NCBI GenBank assembly: GCA_964455545.1
Contig: CAYVWQ010000008.1
Span: 5,574 to 69,573, forward strand
Length of the DNA: 64,000 nucleotides
Reading direction: 5' to 3'
DNA from: an uncultured Thermoleophilaceae bacterium
GTDB lineage: Bacteria > Actinomycetota > Thermoleophilia > Solirubrobacterales > JACPNS01
Shown one piece after another: positions 20,982-30,501 of this stretch; within the stretch, counting starts at the first letter, position 1; every line of letters begins with the position of its first letter. The notes under the pieces are model-generated. The model did no database searches, had not been told where the DNA came from, and saw only the letters and a program-made list of their open reading frames with translations. The translations under genes were made by a program, and so were the position numbers.

Positions 20982-22501
20982 GCCGGGACCGGCACCGCGT
21001 CGCCCTCGCCGATGTGGACACTTTCAATGTCACGCTTGCGCAGGCCGACCGACGCCACCACGAGACCGACGACCATCAGGATCGCCGCGACGATGAACGC
21101 GGTCTGGAAGCCCTCTACGAGCGCCGTCGCCTGCTGGAGCCGGTCCGGTGCGCCGCTGAAGCCCTCGGCCACGCTCGAGCTCTTGTTTGCGGCGAAGGTC
21201 GCGAGGATCGCGAGGCCGAGCGCACCGCCGACCTGCTGCGAGGTGTTGAACAGACCCGAGGCCAGGCCTCCGTCGACAGGGTCGACGCCGGCCGTCGCGA
21301 CCAGCGTGAGCGGCACGAACGTCATGCCCATACCCAGAGCCATCGGCAGCAGGCCCGCGAGCAGCGCGAGGTAGGTGCCGTCGACCTTGGTCGTCGAGGC
21401 GAGGATGATGAGGCCGATCGAGGCGAGCGTCATGCCGGTGAGCAGGACCGGCTTGACACCGACGCGGCCGATCAGCTGCTGGGACACTCCGGCGCCCATC
21501 ATGATGCCGAGCGAGACCGGCAGGAAGGCTGCGCCTGCCTGCAGCGGGTCGTAGCCGAGGATCTGCTGCACGTAGAGCGACGCGAAGTAGAACATGCCGA
21601 ACATGCCGCCGGCGACGAGGAACATCGCGAGGTTGGCGGTGGTCACCCAACGCTTTTTGAAGAATGACAACTTTACGAGCGGTTGCTTGGAGCGCAGCTC
21701 GATCGCGACGAACGCGCCGAGCAGGACGAGTGCGCCGGCGAACCAGGCGATCGTCTCGGTCGACCCCCAGCCCCAGCCCTGGGCCTTGACGATTGCGTAG
21801 ACGAGCACCATCAGACCCGCCGTGACGGTGAAGGCACCGGCGATGTCGAAGTGCCGCTGGTCGGTCTCGTGGCGCGACTCCGGCACCAGGCGCAGGGCGG
21901 CGAACATCACCGCGAGGCCGATCGGCACGTTGATGATGAAGTTCCACTCCCACGAGAGGTAGTCGGTGAGGATGCCTCCGAGCAGCAGGCCGAAGGCTGC
22001 GCCGCCGGCGGCGATTCCGCCCCAGACCGAGAGCGCCTTGGTGCGGTCGGGACCTTCGTCGAACGTCGTGGTGATGATCGAGAGGGCCGCGGGCGAGACG
22101 AGCGCGCCGCCGAGACCCTGGAAACCGCGCGCGATGATCAGCATCTCGCCGGAGGTCGCGAGCGCGTTCACGAGCGACGCGCCTGAAAACACGGCGATGC
22201 CGACGATGAACAACAGTCGTCGGCCGAGCAGGTCGGCCATGCGGCCGCCGAGCAGCAGGAAGCCGCCGAACACGAGCGTGTAGGCGTTGACGATCCACTG
22301 CAGGTTGATCGCGGAGAGATTCAGATCCTTCTGGATCGAGGGGAGGGCGACGTTGACGATCGTGGCGTCGAGAACGACCATGAACTGAGCGAGGCAGACC
22401 ACGACGAGAACGACCCAGGGGTTGACCGAGTGGCCGTGGGTGCTGGTGCCCATGTGACCCTCGGGGACGGCCGGGGCGGCCTGGGATTCAGTGGGGTTCA
22501 T
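20978..22501 (-). CDS. DHA2-family (14-TM) MFS efflux transporter
   Basis: LDATIVNVALPSI, GGRMADLLGRR, RGFQGLGGA, WEWNFIINVPIG. Confidence 0.95.
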   Translation of the reverse strand: MNPTESQAAPAVPEGHMGTSTHGHSVNPWVVLVVVCLAQFMVVLDATIVNVALPSIQKDLNLSAINLQWIVNAYTLVFGGFLLLGGRMADLLGRRLLFIVGIAVFSGASLVNALATSGEMLIIARGFQGLGGALVSPAALSIITTTFDEGPDRTKALSVWGGIAAGGAAFGLLLGGILTDYLSWEWNFIINVPIGLAVMFAALRLVPESRHETDQRHFDIAGAFTVTAGLMVLVYAIVKAQGWGWGSTETIAWFAGALVLLGAFVAIELRSKQPLVKLSFFKKRWVTTANLAMFLVAGGMFGMFYFASLYVQQILGYDPLQAGAAFLPVSLGIMMGAGVSQQLIGRVGVKPVLLTGMTLASIGLIILASTTKVDGTYLALLAGLLPMALGMGMTFVPLTLVATAGVDPVDGGLASGLFNTSQQVGGALGLAILATFAANKSSSVAEGFSGAPDRLQQATALVEGFQTAFIVAAILMVVGLVVASVGLRKRDIESVHIGEGDAVPVPA

Positions 22502-22530
22502 TTGGGGATGGACCTTTCAAGCGTTCGGGG

Positions 22531-22580
22531 GTAAAGCGGACTGGGCGCTCCACTTTACCAAATCCGGAGTGCATGCTCCG
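22531..22580. promoter_or_regulatory. Two tandem TetR-type operator palindromes upstream of the MFS gene
   Basis: GTAAAGCGGA-N8-TCCACTTTAC (22531-22558) and CGGAG-TGCATG-CTCCG (22565-22580). Confidence 0.6.
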
Positions 22581-22936
22581 CTTAACCGCTCGGTTCATCC
22601 ATGTCCGGTGCCCGCACCGACCCACCCCGCCTACACGTCATCGGATCCCTGACGTCGCAGAATTTGGCTGGATGGGCCGGCGCTGACCGGTCTCGCGGAG
22701 GTGCCCGGTGCAACCGGCTGGTGGTCCAGCTGCGAACGGACTGGGGGGAGAGTCCGGATGGACAATCTCCGCAAGTCGTGTCCCCAATGGTGGATTGTCG
22801 GAACTTCTTACCGACAAGTCGCACAATAAAGCATCGGGGCGACGTTTTGCGGGGTAACCTCACCGTCACCCGGAAAGTATGGAAAACCCCGCAATTTGAA
22901 GGGTTTTTCGGCCGCAGTCCTGGCGAAGCTATCTCG

Positions 22937-23578
22937 ATGACACGGAAGCGCACAAGACTCTCTCCCGAAGCCCGACGGCAGCAGCTGGTCGAGATCGGAG
23001 CAAGGCTGTTCGGCGAGCGGCCGTTCAGCGACGTCTGGATCGAGCAGGTGGCGGAAGAGGCAGGCGTGTCGCGCGGGCTGATTTACCACTACTTTCCGAA
23101 CAAACGCGACTTCTACGCCGAGATCGTCCGGTACGGCATGCGCGAGTCTTTCGCTTTCTCGGAGCCCGACGAAGCGCTGCCGCCCGACCAGTGGCTGCAG
23201 TTCGGACTCGACCGCCTGATCAGCTTCATCGAGGAGAACGCTCCGGCGTTCCGTGCGATCAACCGTGGCCGCTTCAGCGTCGACGAAGAGATCCGCAGCG
23301 TCGTCACCGAGGGCCGCTCGCGACAGATCGATCGCATCGTCGAACTCGTCGATCCGGACGGCTCCGACACGGTGCGACTCGCCGTCGAAGGTTGGGTGGC
23401 GCTGTTCGACCAACTGGTCATGGAGTGGCTCGACGGGCGTGAGATCCAGCGCGAGCAACTCGTCGAACTGCTCGCCGGAACGCTGATCGGATGCGTCGTG
23501 ACCGGGCTTCGCGTGGACGGCGACGCCGAACGGATCAAGCAGATCGTTCACCTGGCGCCCGAATCGTTCAGGTCGTAG
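22937..23578 (+). CDS. TetR-family regulator
   Basis: MTRKRTRLSPEARRQQL...WIEQVAEEAGVSRGLIYHYFPNK; start at 22937. Confidence 0.92.
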   Translation: MTRKRTRLSPEARRQQLVEIGARLFGERPFSDVWIEQVAEEAGVSRGLIYHYFPNKRDFYAEIVRYGMRESFAFSEPDEALPPDQWLQFGLDRLISFIEENAPAFRAINRGRFSVDEEIRSVVTEGRSRQIDRIVELVDPDGSDTVRLAVEGWVALFDQLVMEWLDGREIQREQLVELLAGTLIGCVVTGLRVDGDAERIKQIVHLAPESFRS

Positions 23579-23600
23579 TGCGGGCATACTGCTGGCAGAG

Positions 23601-24350
23601 ATGACTGCCGGTCCGGTCACACAGATCTTTCCCGCGCGCGCGGACGCGCCGCACGTCGACGCGAGCGCGGCCTACGCCGAGCTCGACTTCTCTGCCGGCG
23701 CGCAGGAGGAGCGTCCCTACGTGGTCGTGAACATGGTCAGCACCGCCGACGGACAGGGGCGGATCGGCGCCGACACCGCTGAGCTCGGCGGTTCGGCCGA
23801 CGCCGCGCTTTTCGCCGCGCTGCGCGAGCGCGTCGACTGCGTGATGGCCGGAGTCACGACGATCGCCGTCGAGGGCTACAACGCCCCGGCGGCGAAGCCC
23901 GAGACCCAGGCGCGCCGGATCGCCGGCGGATTCACCGCGCGTCCGCTCGTCGCCACCGCGACACGCAGCGGAAATCTGCCGGCGTCTGCGCCGTTGTTCC
24001 AGGACCCCGAGTTGTCGGTCGTCGTCTTCAGCGAGAGTTCGGTCGAGCTGGGCGACGTCGCCGCACGGGTCGAAGTCGTCGAGACGGAGGAGCCGGCGGC
24101 GATGCTCGCCGCGCTGCGCGAGCGCGGCGTCCGATCGCTGCTGCTCGAGGGCGGGCCTCACATCAACACGCCGTTCTTCGCCGGCGAACTCGTGGACGAA
24201 CTCTTCCTGACGGTTGCGCCTGTACTGACGGGCGCTCCCGATCCGCCGTTTCCGATCATCGCCGGAGAGCTGCCGACGCGCCAACAGCTTCATCTGATGA
24301 CGGCATACGCCGGCGACGAGCACCTCTTCCTGCGCTACAGGGTGGACTGA
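23601..24350 (+). CDS. RibD C-terminal / dihydrofolate reductase-family protein
   Basis: PYVVVNMVSTADG, LLLEGGPHIN, LVDELFLTVAP. Confidence 0.88.
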   Translation: MTAGPVTQIFPARADAPHVDASAAYAELDFSAGAQEERPYVVVNMVSTADGQGRIGADTAELGGSADAALFAALRERVDCVMAGVTTIAVEGYNAPAAKPETQARRIAGGFTARPLVATATRSGNLPASAPLFQDPELSVVVFSESSVELGDVAARVEVVETEEPAAMLAALRERGVRSLLLEGGPHINTPFFAGELVDELFLTVAPVLTGAPDPPFPIIAGELPTRQQLHLMTAYAGDEHLFLRYRVD

Positions 24351-25913
24351 GTGCGCGGCGTGATTCCGCGCTCCGCGCGCCTCGACGCCGACTCCGACTG
24401 GACGCTTCCGCCGGTCGATCTGACCGCTGTCGGTCGTCCGGGACGACGCTTCAGCTGGCTCGGCCCGCGCACGCTGTGGCGCTCGCGCAACAACGTGCTC
24501 GCGTCGCTGATCGGCGATCCGACCGAGAACGCACGCCGATCCTGGGTGGCCGGACGGATCGCGAACGGGGCGGATCCGGATTTCGCGATCGTGCGCGACG
24601 ACCTCGGCGACCACTCGTTCATGGTCATCGGCGACACCGGCGAGGGCGACCGATCGCAGTACTCGGTCGTGCCGGCCTTCCTGAACGTGGCCGCCGGGAC
24701 CGAGTTCGCCGTGATCGCCAGTGATGTCGTCTACCCCGCCGGCGACGTGAACGAGTACGTCGAGAAGTTCTTCGTGCCGTTCGCCGGCTATCCGAAGCCG
24801 GTCTACGCGATCCCCGGCAACCACGACTGGCTCGACGGGCTCGTCGGATTCATGCGTCACTTCTGCGGCGACTCGCCGCCGGCCGACAAGTTCCGCCCGC
24901 CGCGGCGCGCGAAGTGGGCGCGGCTCGCGCTTGTGCTGCACCGCCTTCTGTGGCGCCGGCCGCGGGACCTTCAGACGGAGACGCTTGAGGCGGCCGCGCG
25001 CCTGCGCGGGCGCGTCGCCGGCGGCGAGCCGCCGCAGCCGAACATGTACTTCCTGATCGACACGCCGAAGCTGCGGATAGTCGCGATCGACACCGGCATC
25101 CTCGGGCGGCTCGACCACGAGCAGGGGCAATGGCTTCAGCGTGTCTCGGCCGGCCCGAAGCCGAAGCTGCTGGTCAGCGGCAAGCCGATCTACAGCGGCG
25201 AAGGATTCAGCCCGCGACGCATCCTCGCGCCCGAGGGGAGCGAGGCGGGCGCAAGCGGGCTGCTCTGGAACGTCATCCGCGACCCGGCGAACAACTATGT
25301 GGCGATGATCGCGGGCGACGTGCATCACTACGAGCGCCACCAGGTCGATCTGCCCGACGGACGCACGATCCAGTGCGTGATCAGCGGTGGCGGCGGTGCG
25401 TTCACGACGTCGACCCACCAGATCCCGCGCGTCGCCGTCGGCGACGTCGGCGAGGAACAGTGGACGGTCTACCCGACCCGCGCCGACTCACTGCGTGCCT
25501 ACTCGATCATCCTGCAGCGCAAGCTGATGCCGTGGCGGCGCGGGCGCGTGCGCGGCGTACCGGCCGACGAAGCCGCGGCGGTGCTCGCGCGCCGCCACGG
25601 GCTCGATCTCGGCGGCGAGCTCGCGCGCGGTGAGCGGTCGGAGCCTCCGGCTGGAAGCATTCGCGTGTCCCGGCGCACGCGCCTGCTCTCGTGGATCCTT
25701 TATCCGCCCGAGCATCTGCGCTGGTTCTCGCCGTCGAAGATCTCCGAGGCACTGGACTGGGATGTGCCGCCGCTGTTCAAGAACTTCGTCCGCTTCGATG
25801 TGTCCGGCGACGTGCTGACGATGACGGCGTACGGAGTGACGGGATTGGCGCGCGACGCAGAGTCCCCGGCCGTGATCGACAGTTTCACCGTGCCGCTCGG
25901 GGCTGCGGTCTGA
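24351..25913 (+). CDS. Metallophosphoesterase
   Basis: IGDTG, SDVVYP, PGNHDW and GDVHHY calcineurin-like motifs. Confidence 0.85.
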   Translation: MRGVIPRSARLDADSDWTLPPVDLTAVGRPGRRFSWLGPRTLWRSRNNVLASLIGDPTENARRSWVAGRIANGADPDFAIVRDDLGDHSFMVIGDTGEGDRSQYSVVPAFLNVAAGTEFAVIASDVVYPAGDVNEYVEKFFVPFAGYPKPVYAIPGNHDWLDGLVGFMRHFCGDSPPADKFRPPRRAKWARLALVLHRLLWRRPRDLQTETLEAAARLRGRVAGGEPPQPNMYFLIDTPKLRIVAIDTGILGRLDHEQGQWLQRVSAGPKPKLLVSGKPIYSGEGFSPRRILAPEGSEAGASGLLWNVIRDPANNYVAMIAGDVHHYERHQVDLPDGRTIQCVISGGGGAFTTSTHQIPRVAVGDVGEEQWTVYPTRADSLRAYSIILQRKLMPWRRGRVRGVPADEAAAVLARRHGLDLGGELARGERSEPPAGSIRVSRRTRLLSWILYPPEHLRWFSPSKISEALDWDVPPLFKNFVRFDVSGDVLTMTAYGVTGLARDAESPAVIDSFTVPLGAAV

Positions 25914-26377
25914 TGGAAGCGGCGATCGATTTCAGCCGACGCAGCGTGCTGCTGGCGGCCGAGCGCGTGCTCGAGCATCCGCGTGGACAGGTGTTCGCCG
26001 TCCTCAGCGACCTGCGCCGGCACTGGCCTCTGCTCGGCGCCGATCTCGTCGAAGCCGGGATCCGCGACGGTGGCAGCGAATCGGCCGAGCTGGTGGTGCG
26101 CGGCCCGATTCCGGGGCTGCAGCGTCGGATCATCACGCAGGTCACGACGATCGAACAAGACCGTCGCTTCGGCGGCGTCGCGGAGGCCGGTTCGACACTG
26201 GCCTCGATCGACTGGCTGCTCGGCGACGCCGCGACCGGAACGCTCGTTGAGTTCGCGACCCGGATCGAGCCCGGCGGCCTGCGTGACCGTCTGCTGCTGT
26301 CGGCCGCGACGCCCTGGCTCGAGCATCGCTGCCGCCAGGTGTTGCGGCGGCTCGAGGCCGAGGTCGCAAAGGGATGA
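25913..26377 (+). CDS. SRPBCC/START-like protein (tentative)
   Basis: ERVLEHPRGQVFAVLSDLRRHW; TGATG coupling to the upstream gene. Confidence 0.6.
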   Translation: MEAAIDFSRRSVLLAAERVLEHPRGQVFAVLSDLRRHWPLLGADLVEAGIRDGGSESAELVVRGPIPGLQRRIITQVTTIEQDRRFGGVAEAGSTLASIDWLLGDAATGTLVEFATRIEPGGLRDRLLLSAATPWLEHRCRQVLRRLEAEVAKG

Positions 26378-27453
26378 AGCATCGCGCCCAGGCGCTCGAC
26401 CTGATCCGCGCGTTTGCGGCGATGGCGGTGCTGACCTACCACGTCTGGCTTTACCGGCTACCCAACCCGAACAAGCCGACGCGTGAGGGCTTCGTCGACC
26501 ACGTGCTTTTCGAGTGGCGGATCGGGCTCGTCGTGTTCTTCGTGATGTCGGGCTACCTGCTCTACCGGCCGCTGGTCGCAGCGTGGGATTCGGCGCCGCG
26601 CGTCGTACCGCTCGGGCAGTACTACTGGCGGCGGATCGTGCGCATCGTGCCGGCGTACTACCTGGCGATCGTTGGCTCGATCATCCTGCTCTGGGGGCTG
26701 GCCGACACGCCCGGCGTGCGTCTGCCTCCGGCCGACCAGCTGTGGTTGTTCGCGTTCTTCTTGCAGAACTACTCGCGCGAGACACTGCTGACGCTCGATG
26801 CGCCGACCTGGACGCTCGCCGTGCAGGCAGCGTTCTATCTCGTCTTCCCGTTGTTCCTGGTTTTCGCTTCGCGGATGGGCCGGCGCGCATGGCTGGTGCC
26901 GCTCGCACTCGTGGTCTTCGGCGTCATCTTCAACTGGGTTGCCTACGAACAGGGGTGGGGGCCGATCGCTCGCCTGTCGCTGTTCGCGATGCTGCCGTAT
27001 CTTGCGCTCGGCATGCTGATCGCCCATCTGCCGCCGGTGCAGACGCGGCGCGCCGCGGTGTGGATGATCCTCGGCGGCGCCGCGCTGGCGTTCGGTGACT
27101 CGCTCTGGCACGCGCTGAGTTTCGGAGACTGGGCGCTCGGCGTCCTGCGCGATCTGCCGGGCGCGGTCGGTTACGGCCTGATCATCGCGGCGTGCGCCCA
27201 GCCGGTCGTCGGGCATTCCGACAAGCTGCGCTGGGCCGAGGCGTTCGGGCGCTGGTCGTACGGGGTGTTCCTGTGGCATCTGCCGCTGCTGCTTTTCATC
27301 AAGGGGCAGGGGTGGATGCCGAGCTCCGGTCTGCTGACGTGGGTCCTGCTGGTCGCCGTCGCCTCGGCCGCCGGCGCACTGACCTGGCGCTTCGTCGAAC
27401 GGCCGCTGTTGGCGCGCTCGAAGGGGAGCGGCGCGAAACCGTCGGTGACGTGA
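26374..27453 (+). CDS. Acyltransferase-3 (OafA-like) membrane protein
   Basis: [50 protein letters not shown]. Confidence 0.9.
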   Translation: MKHRAQALDLIRAFAAMAVLTYHVWLYRLPNPNKPTREGFVDHVLFEWRIGLVVFFVMSGYLLYRPLVAAWDSAPRVVPLGQYYWRRIVRIVPAYYLAIVGSIILLWGLADTPGVRLPPADQLWLFAFFLQNYSRETLLTLDAPTWTLAVQAAFYLVFPLFLVFASRMGRRAWLVPLALVVFGVIFNWVAYEQGWGPIARLSLFAMLPYLALGMLIAHLPPVQTRRAAVWMILGGAALAFGDSLWHALSFGDWALGVLRDLPGAVGYGLIIAACAQPVVGHSDKLRWAEAFGRWSYGVFLWHLPLLLFIKGQGWMPSSGLLTWVLLVAVASAAGALTWRFVERPLLARSKGSGAKPSVT

Positions 27454-27472
27454 CGGTTATCCTGCGCGCACG

Positions 27473-27658
27473 ATGAACGAGGCTCCGGCGGCGACGCAGA
27501 AATGGATGTGTGTCACCTGCGGCTGGATCTACGACCCCGAGGTCGGAGATCCGGACGGCGGGATTCCGCCGGGAACCCCCTTCAGCGAGATCCCGCCGGA
27601 CTGGTTCTGTCCGGTCTGCGGGGCGCGCCCGAAGGATTTCGAGCCGTACGAGGACTGA
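27473..27658 (+). CDS. Rubredoxin
   Basis: [10 protein letters not shown]...[22 protein letters not shown]. Confidence 0.96.
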   Translation: MNEAPAATQKWMCVTCGWIYDPEVGDPDGGIPPGTPFSEIPPDWFCPVCGARPKDFEPYED

Positions 27659-27665
27659 CCCAGCG

Positions 27666-28676
27666 ATGACACTTGAGCCGCGCCAAGCCGAGATCCCGGC
27701 GGTCGAGGACACTTCGCTGACCGGCGACGCGTCGGACATGCGCGCCGAACCCAAGGGGCCGGGTGTCGAACTTGAGCACACGAGCCGCGCGCACATGATC
27801 GGGACGCTGATGGTCGTTGTCGTGCCGTTCCTCGCTTTCCTCACCGCGATCGTGCTGCTCTGGGAGACGGCCGCGGTCGGCGCCGTCGACATCGGCCTGC
27901 TCATCGCGATGCACGTGATCGCCGGGCTCGGGATCACCGTGGGCTTCCACCGCATGCTCACGCACCGCAGTTTCGAGACCAAGCCGTGGGTGCGCGGTCT
28001 GTTCACGATCGCCGGTTCGCTGGCGATCGAGGGCCGGCCGGTGCACTGGGTCGCCGATCACCGCCGCCACCACGCCTTTGCCGACGAAGACGGCGATCCG
28101 CACAGCCCGCACGTCGGCTTCGAGCAGCCGGGCTTCTGGAACGCCTTGCGCGGCGCCTGGCACGCGCATGTCGGTTGGCTGTTCGAGGAGGGTCAGACGC
28201 CGGCTTCGCGTTTTGCCCCCGACCTGCTGAAGGACCGGGTGGTGCTGGCCGTCGACCGCCAGTTCGGTTGGTTCATCGTGCTCGCCGTCGCGATCCCCGC
28301 GGCGCTCGGGTTCGTGCTGACCGGCGGCTCTTGGTGGGGCGCCCTGACCGGCGCGTTCTGGGGCGGCCTCGTGCGCATCTTCATCACCCACCACGTGACC
28401 TGGTCGGTCAACTCGATCTGCCACATGTTCGGCCGCCGGCCGTTCACCACCGAGGACAAGAGCACGAACAACTGGCTGCTCGCTCTGCCGACGCTCGGCG
28501 AGGCCTGGCACCACAACCACCACGCCTTTCCGACCTCCGCCTTTCACGGCCTGAAGCGCTGGCAGAAGGCGATGGATCCCTCCGGCTGGGTCGTGTGGGG
28601 TCTCGAGAAGACGGGTCTGGCGTGGAATGTTCGCCGCGTCTCTGACGCGCAGATGACCGCGAAAGCTCGCGGTTGA
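27666..28676 (+). CDS. Delta-9 acyl-CoA/acyl-lipid desaturase
   Basis: Three His boxes: HRMLTH, HRRHH, HHNHH; WSVNSICH. Confidence 0.93.
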   Translation: MTLEPRQAEIPAVEDTSLTGDASDMRAEPKGPGVELEHTSRAHMIGTLMVVVVPFLAFLTAIVLLWETAAVGAVDIGLLIAMHVIAGLGITVGFHRMLTHRSFETKPWVRGLFTIAGSLAIEGRPVHWVADHRRHHAFADEDGDPHSPHVGFEQPGFWNALRGAWHAHVGWLFEEGQTPASRFAPDLLKDRVVLAVDRQFGWFIVLAVAIPAALGFVLTGGSWWGALTGAFWGGLVRIFITHHVTWSVNSICHMFGRRPFTTEDKSTNNWLLALPTLGEAWHHNHHAFPTSAFHGLKRWQKAMDPSGWVVWGLEKTGLAWNVRRVSDAQMTAKARG

Positions 28677-28680
28677 CGTA

Positions 28681-28987
28681 GTTGACTGCCGTCTTGGGCG
28701 GTGGTTTGTTGCTGATTTCCGGTTGAGTGCAGGCGGCTTCGCCGCCGGCGGCGATGGCTGCGAGATCGGATGGCTTGTCTGTGCGCTTTTCTGCCCCAAC
28801 CCATGGAGGTTGGAGCGCCCCAAAGTCCGTAGGTTGGGGCGAGAAATGGCTTTGACAAGCCTTTTTGGTGCCCCAAGGTACGCAACACAACACACCCAGG
28901 CGCTCCAACGATCTTCGCCGCCGGCCGCGAAGCGGCCTCGCCTCCACCGCCTCCGGCAATGCGAGGCAGCCCACGACGGCAGTCAAC
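28681..28987. repeat. 307-bp non-coding element bounded by 19-bp inverted repeats (MITE-like or structured RNA)
   Basis: gttgactgccgtcttgggc versus gcccacgacggcagtcaac (18/19 complementary); nested internal inverted repeats. Confidence 0.55.
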
Positions 28988-29018
28988 GGCCCGTCCTTGA
29001 CAACATCCTCGCCGTATG

Positions 29019-29032
29019 CGAACATATGTTCG
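29019..29032. promoter_or_regulatory. LexA (SOS) box, Gram-positive type
   Basis: Perfect palindrome CGAACATATGTTCG (GAAC-N4-GTTC); TTGACA at 28997-29002. Confidence 0.9.
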
Positions 29033-30501
29033 TGTCTGTGGTCTGTGTCATGTTGCCCCGCTTCGAGCTGATGGTCGCCGCCAAGGCGGCTTACGGGATC
29101 GATCGTGAGGGGTACATGCGCGAGCCGCTGGCGCTTGCGCCGGCGCCGGGGTCACGGCCGGTGATCGGTCAGGTTTCGGCGGCGGCCGAGGCGTTCGCGG
29201 TCACGCCGGGGATCGCCGTCGGCGAGGCGTTCGCGCGCTGTCCGCAGCTGAAACTCGTGCCGCCCGATCCCGCGCGTGCCGGCAGCGCGTGGGAGTGGGT
29301 GCTGCAGGCGCTCGAGTCGCTCGGCGCCGAGGTCGAGAGCGACCCGGAGCGCCCCGGCACGCTGTTCTTCGAGTCGGATGGGCTCGAGCCGCTGTACCGC
29401 GGCTTCGACGGGGTGATCGCCGCGGTGCGCGACGCGATCCGCCGTCCCGTGCGGATCGGCGCCGGCCCGACGCGCTTCATCGCCCAGGCCGCGGCGCGCA
29501 CCGCGCGCCCGCGCCGGCCGCGGGTGATCCGCACCGACATCGAGCGCCGCGACTTCCTCGCCGGCGCGCCGGTCGCGTGGCTCGAGATGCACTCGCCGGC
29601 CTGCGCAGAGCTGGCGCGGACGCTCGCGAAGCTCGGCATCGACACGCTCGGCGAGTTCGCCGTGCTGCGCCGCGCGCAGGTGGCCGAGCGTTTCGGCCGC
29701 ACCGGTCTGGTCGCGCGCGACCTCGTCTTCGGTCTTGAGCCGCCGCTGCGTCCGCGCCGCCCGGCCGAGCTGCTCGGCGAGCAGATCGCGCTCGTCGACG
29801 ACGCCGAGGGACAGGTGCCGCGCGGCGGCCTGACCGGCGACCTTGAGCGTGCCCTGACGCTGCTGATCGAGCGGCTGCTGGCGCGGCCGGAGCGCGCCGG
29901 GCGCACGCTGCGCGGGTTCCGGCTGCACGCGCAGTTGGTCGAGGGCGGCTCGTGGACGGCGCGCGGGATCATGCGCGAACCGACGGCCGACGCCGCGAAG
30001 GTCCGCTTGGTGGCCCACTCGAAACTGAAGGACCTGCCCGAGCCGGCCGCCGTACTGGAGTTGGTCGTCGACGGCTTCGGCCCGCTCGACCACGAGACGG
30101 CCACGCTGTTCGGCGACGACTCGCCGGAGGAGCGCCGGGCCAGACTCAAGACGGCGGCCGAACAGGCGCGCCAGGCGGCCGGCTCGCCCGAGAAGGTCGC
30201 CCAGATCATGCGCCTCGACGAGGGGTCGCGTGTGCCAGAGCGCCGCGCCGCGCTCTCACCGGGGCCGGTGCCGCTGGCGGTGCCGCGACCGGTCGTCGTG
30301 CAGCTCGGCGGCGACGGCGCGCCGGTGCGACTGAAAGGGCAGGGGGTCGAGCAGGAGCGCGAGCGCTGGGTCGTCGAAGACCGCTGGTGGACGCCTCGCC
30401 CGGTCCGCCGCCGCTACTTCGAGCTGGTGCTCGAGGGCGGGTCGTGCGTCACCGTCTTCCAGGATCTCGCCAGCCGCCGCTGGTACTCACAAGCTGCCTA
30501 G
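29026..30501 (+). CDS. imuB: ImuB-like catalytically inactive Y-family polymerase accessory protein
   Basis: IMS-like N-terminus (VSAAAEAFAVTPG..GEAFARCP), no DE catalytic motif, LGIDTLGEFA HhH, C-terminal RWVVEDRWW...RRYFEL; start is 29026 ATG or 29032 GTG. Confidence 0.8.
   Translation: MFVSVVCVMLPRFELMVAAKAAYGIDREGYMREPLALAPAPGSRPVIGQVSAAAEAFAVTPGIAVGEAFARCPQLKLVPPDPARAGSAWEWVLQALESLGAEVESDPERPGTLFFESDGLEPLYRGFDGVIAAVRDAIRRPVRIGAGPTRFIAQAAARTARPRRPRVIRTDIERRDFLAGAPVAWLEMHSPACAELARTLAKLGIDTLGEFAVLRRAQVAERFGRTGLVARDLVFGLEPPLRPRRPAELLGEQIALVDDAEGQVPRGGLTGDLERALTLLIERLLARPERAGRTLRGFRLHAQLVEGGSWTARGIMREPTADAAKVRLVAHSKLKDLPEPAAVLELVVDGFGPLDHETATLFGDDSPEERRARLKTAAEQARQAAGSPEKVAQIMRLDEGSRVPERRAALSPGPVPLAVPRPVVVQLGGDGAPVRLKGQGVEQERERWVVEDRWWTPRPVRRRYFELVLEGGSCVTVFQDLASRRWYSQAA

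Noticed and set aside
28723-29025. N-terminal extension of the ImuB ORF
   Set aside because: It runs through the inverted-repeat element, lies upstream of the promoter and LexA box, and does not look like protein
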